From positions 1 through 19,856 of the forward strand of contig JBGCDR010000257.1 in the NCBI GenBank assembly GCA_045105515.1: a stretch of 19,856 bases of DNA, written 5' to 3'. Below the pieces are notes generated by a model. That model was given only the letters and a program-made list of their open reading frames with translations. It was not told the DNA's origin and searched no databases. Of the stretch, positions 14,914-19,856 are shown one piece after another; within the stretch, counting starts at the first letter, position 1; each line of letters starts with the position of its first letter. Position numbers and translations under genes: made by a program. This DNA comes from Oligoflexales bacterium (GTDB lineage Bacteria; Bdellovibrionota_B; Oligoflexia; Oligoflexales; Bog-1112).

Positions 14914-16503
14914 ATGCTGCTTCTTAAAAATTTACGACATTACATTTCCTGGCTTTCTCTTGTCAGTTTGTTTTCCTTACCAGTCTTAGGGAAAGAAAAG
15001 CAGTTGACCAAACCTTCATTTGAATCCCTTTGGTTTAAGGGGAGTGTTGAAGAAGCTTTTGAACAGTCAAAGAAATTAGACAAGCCAGTTTTTTTATACT
15101 GGGGGGCAACCTGGTGCCCACCATGCAATGAACTGAAAAGCCAGGTTTTCGCAAAACAAAAATTCAAAGACTTGATAACTTCTGTAATCCCTGTCTACCT
15201 AGAGGGAGATACAGACGCAGCCCAAAAATGGGGAGAAAAGTTAAAAATCAGTGGGTATCCAACTTTGCTTGTCCTTGATCCAAAGCATCAAGAACTTTTA
15301 CGAATTGCAGAATCTTTAAATATCGATGAGTTTGAACAAGCTTTTCTTGCCGCAACCGCACTTAGAAAACCAATTAAAGAAATCATTAATGATGCTTTGA
15401 CACAAGAAGCAAGTACAAAAGTGTGGCAAGCCCTTGCCTATACTCATTGGGAACAGATGGGAGGAGAAATATTTGATGACGAACATTTGTTGCAGGTTTC
15501 TGTGAATTTGCATGCAAAAGTCCCTACCAGACTTGTCGAAGTTCGATCAGTAATGGCAGCAAAGATCCTCAAACTTGCGGCTAGAATATCTCAAACGAAA
15601 GGGCAGACACCCAATACACAAAGCTTGCTGAAGCAAATTGCAAAAAATGCGATCAACCTATATACGCAAATATTTCACACCACAAGCACCGTACTTGCTG
15701 CCAGAACCACCATTCTAAACAAAACCCGCACTATTTTGACTTGGAGTGCTAGGCACCTAAATAAGACGCAACTTGAAGATGTTTACTCCAAGTGGGAAAA
15801 CGCTGCGAAAATTATAGGTAAGGACTCCGACACTTCAATAGATAGCAAACTTTGGGCTTCCTATGTTCCCCTGAGCCTCTACCGTTTGCGTACAGAAACG
15901 TCTGCTCCTTTACCTGCGTACATGGTCACATCGATAAAAAATGCCGTAAAAAAAGCGGATCAGCAGGCAAAAACAGCTTTTGAGAGAAAAAGTGTGATAT
16001 CAGGAGCAGCCTATTTACTCAGAAAGATTGAAGCATATCCAGAAGCTAAGGCTCTCTTGGAAAAGGAATTGAAGACAAGTAAAACGCCTTGGTACATTCA
16101 GTCTTCTTTATCTCGCCTAGCAGAAGTCCAAGGCAAACATCAACTAGCCCTTGCTTGGTCTGCAAAAGCAAGAGAATCAGCTAAAGGAAATGCTACTAAA
16201 ATTCAGTGGACCGTTAGTGATCTACTATTGACCATAAAATTGCAGCCATCAAATATAGGGCAAATAGAGAAACTCTTAGAAGAATATTATGGGCTAGCAT
16301 TTTCTTTGACTGATGGGTTTCTTGGGAGAAATCAAGTCCGAGCTAATAAAGTCTTAAGGGGAATAAAAAGCTTACCATCAAACGAAAAAATAAGTGCGAT
16401 TTCTTTAAAGAATCAGAAAAAATGTAGCCAATTAAAAGCTAAGAATTCGGAAAGTTGTGAGCAGTATTTCAAACACCTCGATGAAGCAAGCAAAACTATT
16501 TAA
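14914..16503 (+). CDS. Exported thioredoxin-domain protein (WCPPC) with long alpha-helical/TPR-like C-terminal region
   Basis: KPVFLYWGATWCPPCNELK and cis-Pro motif GYPTLLVL, followed by an Ala/Leu/Lys-rich helical tail. ATG 14914 gives a signal peptide and follows GAGGAG; the tracked ORF starts at 14842. Confidence 0.85.
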   Translation: MLLLKNLRHYISWLSLVSLFSLPVLGKEKQLTKPSFESLWFKGSVEEAFEQSKKLDKPVFLYWGATWCPPCNELKSQVFAKQKFKDLITSVIPVYLEGDTDAAQKWGEKLKISGYPTLLVLDPKHQELLRIAESLNIDEFEQAFLAATALRKPIKEIINDALTQEASTKVWQALAYTHWEQMGGEIFDDEHLLQVSVNLHAKVPTRLVEVRSVMAAKILKLAARISQTKGQTPNTQSLLKQIAKNAINLYTQIFHTTSTVLAARTTILNKTRTILTWSARHLNKTQLEDVYSKWENAAKIIGKDSDTSIDSKLWASYVPLSLYRLRTETSAPLPAYMVTSIKNAVKKADQQAKTAFERKSVISGAAYLLRKIEAYPEAKALLEKELKTSKTPWYIQSSLSRLAEVQGKHQLALAWSAKARESAKGNATKIQWTVSDLLLTIKLQPSNIGQIEKLLEEYYGLAFSLTDGFLGRNQVRANKVLRGIKSLPSNEKISAISLKNQKKCSQLKAKNSESCEQYFKHLDEASKTI

Positions 16504-16507
16504 AACT

Positions 16508-16912
16508 TCATACATCAATGACTGGGCCATCTGAAGGGTCATGATAATAACGCTTGCTCCTTTTTATTCTTCGATGAATCACAACCTTCTCCGTAGATTC
16601 CCCTCCGATCACAAAAAGCCAGGTAATGCATACCAAAATAGGATTTGTTTGCCAGTAGGCAAAAGTTGCCAAAATCGCTACTAAAAGCCTTGGGCAAAAG
16701 AAAAAACCTAGCCACCAAAATATGCCACCAAAAGCGACACTAGAGAAGAGCAAGGTTAACCTAGGAAAAATAGCCATAAATAGAAGAAAAAATATACCGT
16801 GGACATCCCAGTAATTCACTACTCCAAACTTTACGTCAAAAGTGCTCATTAGAATTGAGCTAGCTATTGAGATCAAAAAAAACAACACCAGAAACTTGAT
16901 GAAAGTCGTCAT
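16508..16912 (-). CDS. Small hypothetical integral membrane protein
   Basis: Four to five hydrophobic segments with repeated (F/C)PRL motifs and a charged C-tail. AAGGGT SD precedes ATG 16912. Confidence 0.8.
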   Translation of the reverse strand: MTTFIKFLVLFFLISIASSILMSTFDVKFGVVNYWDVHGIFFLLFMAIFPRLTLLFSSVAFGGIFWWLGFFFCPRLLVAILATFAYWQTNPILVCITWLFVIGGESTEKVVIHRRIKRSKRYYHDPSDGPVIDV

Positions 16913-17517
16913 CAGCGCACCCTTTCGCAAACATTATCTTTTCTATAACTGTATCTATAAGAATTTTCTCCAGAAGGCCTCTTAGACTTGAAGAGAAATG
17001 GTCTAAAAAGTAACACGTCATCTTAATCTTTCAATGTTTAAGATTAAGATAAATGACTAATTGATTAATATGATTAATTTTAATAATTATATTATATCTT
17101 TACAGCCCTTCCTTTTGTTGCCCAGATACCCCAAAAAAATAAAATCTTGTCAAAAATTCATGCCCAATTGCCTACCAAGAACTTATGATCTAAAATCTTG
17201 ATTATTTTGATTATTAAACCACTGTTTTTCAAATTTTAACAAGCGTAAAAACCTAGCACTCAGAGCCTTCTGGAAGCTATCTAGTTTGCAAGAAAAAATA
17301 ATTGTGAATTTGACTGGATTTAGCTGGAAGATTTTGATGAACCTTGAAGTTGATGACAACAACAAAGCTCTTAACAAATCCCTGCACGAACAGTCTTGTT
17401 ATATGGAAACATAGCTGCCTCCGCAGGTATTTCAGATTTGGCTAGGGCTTAGAATTGAATGCTTTTTACTAATATTTACTTTTCTCTCATTTTCAAATAG
17501 ATCCTTATGATGCTGAT

Positions 17518-18678
17518 TTATATATAGCCATCATCCTCCAAAAAATCATGTCCAATGACTTCATCTAAGTAAGGTAAGGACCATTGATTTTCACCAAAAA
17601 CCCTAGCCCTACGTGCGCGGCCTCTATTCTTTATAAGGGTAAATGAGTCCAATTCGCATTTTTTATAATAATCTTGGTATTTTTCAATCAATGCATAGTA
17701 TCTAAGGATTTGTTTAGTATTTAAGTTCAGAGTATCCATTAAAGCAACTCCTCTATCTATTAAAAATTTCTCAGCCAAATCTCTAACTATTAAGCTGATG
17801 GGCTGTAACATTTTTTCTAATTCGTATGCTTTTATATCGCTTTTCTTGGATTCGCCAGTCCACGGATGGGTGGTACTTCGGTTACCGACGATATTTAAAT
17901 GATTTCCGGGAAAATTGTAGAAAACCACCTCAGCATTTTCGTTCAAACACGTTGGTACGATAGGTTCAAAAAAGACTGATCTCTCATTGGTAGCATAAAT
18001 GGCATGCACAGTTTCCACATTTTCTGGCAAAGTAAGATAAGATTTGTTGTTACTATAAATTAGTCCTCCAACTGGGTCGATCATAAGCATGCTCAACTTA
18101 ATATTATTTAAATCTTCACTTTCTAAAAGCTTATGTGCTAATTTAAATGCCGTTAAACAACCCATGCTATAGCACATTACGTTAAGATGGGTTACTTTTA
18201 ACAATGAATGGCTTCTCTTCCACTTCTTGTGATTTTTGTTGTTTGGGAAATATTTTTTGATAATATTTTCTAAATATTTGTGTTTTGAGTGGTTTGGGTT
18301 TTGGTTATCTAAACGTAATACATTTAGGATATGTTTTACGTCGAATTTGATTCCTTTGTGCTTTATCAGTCTTTTCAATATGCCAGGGTCCATTGAATTA
18401 TCATAGAAACGATCCCCTTTTTGCCTGTCGCCACTTAATAATCCATTAATATCTATGTAATCCATATAGAGATTTCCTGGGTGACTTTTGCTCAGCTTAG
18501 TAATGATACTCATGTCGAAAAAAGTTTGGTCGGTAGAGTTTTCAGCGGTTCCCTGAGCACCTCTTAGAAAGACCGTAAATGGATAGTAGTCTTGATTTTC
18601 AACTTGCCCTAAAAGAGAGGATGAAATATTTATAGCTAATAAAGGCATTAGTCTAACGAGTCTAGCCAAAAATTTCAT
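17518..18678 (-). CDS. Putative exported alpha/beta hydrolase, Tle1/DUF2235-like (lipase/phospholipase), probably C-terminally truncated by a frameshift
   Basis: Signal-like N-terminus, FTVFLRGAQG, nucleophile elbow CYSMG, MIDPVGG (Asp), YATNERSVFFEP and FPGNHLNIVG (His). These parallel the DUF2235 motifs VFFDGT, GFSRG, FD(T/P)V, A.DE.R..F and FPG.H.DVGG. Confidence 0.7.
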   Translation of the reverse strand: MKFLARLVRLMPLLAINISSSLLGQVENQDYYPFTVFLRGAQGTAENSTDQTFFDMSIITKLSKSHPGNLYMDYIDINGLLSGDRQKGDRFYDNSMDPGILKRLIKHKGIKFDVKHILNVLRLDNQNPNHSKHKYLENIIKKYFPNNKNHKKWKRSHSLLKVTHLNVMCYSMGCLTAFKLAHKLLESEDLNNIKLSMLMIDPVGGLIYSNNKSYLTLPENVETVHAIYATNERSVFFEPIVPTCLNENAEVVFYNFPGNHLNIVGNRSTTHPWTGESKKSDIKAYELEKMLQPISLIVRDLAEKFLIDRGVALMDTLNLNTKQILRYYALIEKYQDYYKKCELDSFTLIKNRGRARRARVFGENQWSLPYLDEVIGHDFLEDDGYI

Positions 18679-19352
18679 TATAATACTCCTAATTTAATCC
18701 ATTTTTCAATGATAGGAAAACTATCAATTGCATCAAGATGTATCGTTTCTCTTGGACCATCAAATGGCCTGCTGACTTTGCTTAGTAGCCATGTATCATC
18801 TTGCTTTCTTAAGTTGGCAACAACAACCCCTCGCTTTTCGTATGAATTATCAAGCTTGAATCTAAATAATTCTGATTCTTGTCCATTCGATTCATCGATC
18901 GTATAAGCTTTAAAATAGAGTCCTTGTATCGATGAGATTTTATGTCCAGAATAAACAGTTATAGAGAATATTAAATTACTAATATTGGGTCTTTTATGAA
19001 GCAGCTTCTCAATGTTTATTCCACTTGTTTCACCGAAATTTTCACCGGTTAGATCATCATCTTTTAGCATGATATATCGATGGTAATGACGATTTAGATA
19101 ATAGACATTGTGGGTGATTTTTTTATTTTTCTTAACAACATGAATATTGAGATCTACGTCTATATCTATAGCTTCTTCGGTAGGGAGCCAATGAACTGAA
19201 AAATATAGAAATTCAATGGATTTAGGAATTTCGAATTCTAGCAATCCTTCTGAAGTCTGGGAACTATTATCAGCTTTTAAAGCTGAAAAACAAGGGTCTA
19301 TAAAAAATATTTGTATGCCAATCTGCAATAAGAATATTTGAATATTTTTCAT
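18678..19352 (-). CDS. TerD-domain (stress-response, Ca2+-binding fold) protein with predicted signal peptide
   Basis: W...DIDVDLNI, VYYLN, DDLTG...GE.SGIN, FSITVY, ELFRFKL and L.K.DD.W match the TerD pattern. GGAGG SD lies 7 nt upstream. The stop overlaps the hydrolase start (TAATG). Confidence 0.78.
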   Translation of the reverse strand: MKNIQIFLLQIGIQIFFIDPCFSALKADNSSQTSEGLLEFEIPKSIEFLYFSVHWLPTEEAIDIDVDLNIHVVKKNKKITHNVYYLNRHYHRYIMLKDDDLTGENFGETSGINIEKLLHKRPNISNLIFSITVYSGHKISSIQGLYFKAYTIDESNGQESELFRFKLDNSYEKRGVVVANLRKQDDTWLLSKVSRPFDGPRETIHLDAIDSFPIIEKWIKLGVL

Positions 19353-19820
19353 ACATCTTCCTCCACTATTAACTGGGATTGAGCATTCTATCTAAATCCA
19401 TTTCTTTTTCCAATGTTAATTATTAATCATACTTATATATGATTTGTCTTGAAAGTGAGTTCCGGGGTTCAATCTTTTAGAGAACTTTTTAGGGATGACT
19501 CGCTCAAGTACGACTTAGATACATTAATTATAGGTAGTCAAAAATTAAATGAACGTATGACAAGTCAAAATAGTAAATTAGTACTTAATGAAGATGGAAA
19601 TATGCTGTCAAGGGTGGCCTGGTTATTTTAAATTCACAATACAGCTTTGCGTTCAAAAAACCTCAGTACTTTAATGACGATTTTTGGATTTTCCCATGTT
19701 ATGCTTTTATTGAATTTATAACAAGTTAGGCCTTCGGCGAACATGTAACTTAAGCTCTCAGCTAAACTGTAAGTCCTATATCTGACAAAAATAATGTTTT
19801 GAAATCAAAAGATTAAGAGA

Positions 19821-19856
19821 TTATACAGCCGCTGTTTTTTCTTCTCCATTATCATT
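19821..19856 (-). CDS. Possible 3' end of a gene entering from beyond the right edge (...NDNGEEKTAAV*)
   Basis: Open, purine-rich codon run from the window edge to TAA at 19823-19821. Only 12 codons are visible. Confidence 0.25.
   Translation of the reverse strand, partial: NDNGEEKTAAV

Noticed and set aside
17030..17100. AT-rich tract with repeated TGATTAAT and TAAGAT words, checked as a CRISPR array, origin or iteron set
   Set aside because: Repeats are 6-8 bp, irregularly spaced and expected in very AT-rich DNA. No spacer structure, DnaA-box cluster, or cas/rep gene is present.
17183..17377. 64-aa minus-strand ORF downstream of the hydrolase, considered as a possible immunity gene
   Set aside because: TTG start, no convincing SD, no signal peptide or motif. 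It cannot be told apart from a chance ORF or decayed sequence.
984..18906. Short tracked ORFs overlapping larger genes (984-1265, 1536-1760, 1809-2021, 1998-2279, 2066-2290, 2242-2559, 3180-3368, 3836-4096, 4951-5211, 6382-6576, 7183-7398, 7361-7543, 9105-9314, 10324-10527, 10614-10820, 11442-11684, 11986-12171, 13224-13406, 14700-14927, 14940-15167, 15316-15513, 18709-18906)
   Set aside because: Antisense or off-frame shadows of better-supported genes, with no recognisable motifs and compositions typical of alternative frames.
19449..19631. 60-aa plus-strand ORF divergent from the TerD gene
   Set aside because: TTG start without SD and no recognisable domain. It could be a gene remnant, but nothing supports that.
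16930..19856. AT-rich right end as a defined genomic island or prophage
   Set aside because: The composition shift is visible, but no integrase, transposase, tRNA/att site or terminal repeat is seen within the window.

Overview
Bacterial chromosomal window, gene-dense and moderately AT-rich. It most likely comes from a Bdellovibrionota/Oligoflexia-type organism; this is inferred from a Bd0427/PopA-like outer-membrane barrel, a MARVSIEDC-type rpoZ and a VIYGEDNR-type secreted trypsin. Left to right it holds: an Hpt/pseudo-receiver/receiver protein; a 618-aa putative lipoprotein with two Gly/Ala-rich hydrophobic helices; a minus-strand operon of two small, diverged paralogous unknown proteins plus panE; a hypothetical gene behind a sigma28-like promoter and a possible leader peptide; rpoZ; two coupled hypotheticals; a rhodanese; a gamma-carbonic anhydrase; a folB-pdxA-uvrA operon whose UvrA lacks the insertion domain; a PopA-like porin; a secreted S1 protease; a WCPPC thioredoxin/helical protein; and a small membrane protein. 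The AT-rich right end carries a coupled pair: an apparently exported TerD-domain protein and a Tle1/DUF2235-like alpha/beta hydrolase. The hydrolase appears cut short by a slip in a (TA)4 run. I saw no tRNA, rRNA, CRISPR array or transposase. The best candidates for undescribed biology are the TerD-hydrolase pair, the tandem paralog pair and the lipoprotein. All family calls come from reading motifs by eye, not from database searches.
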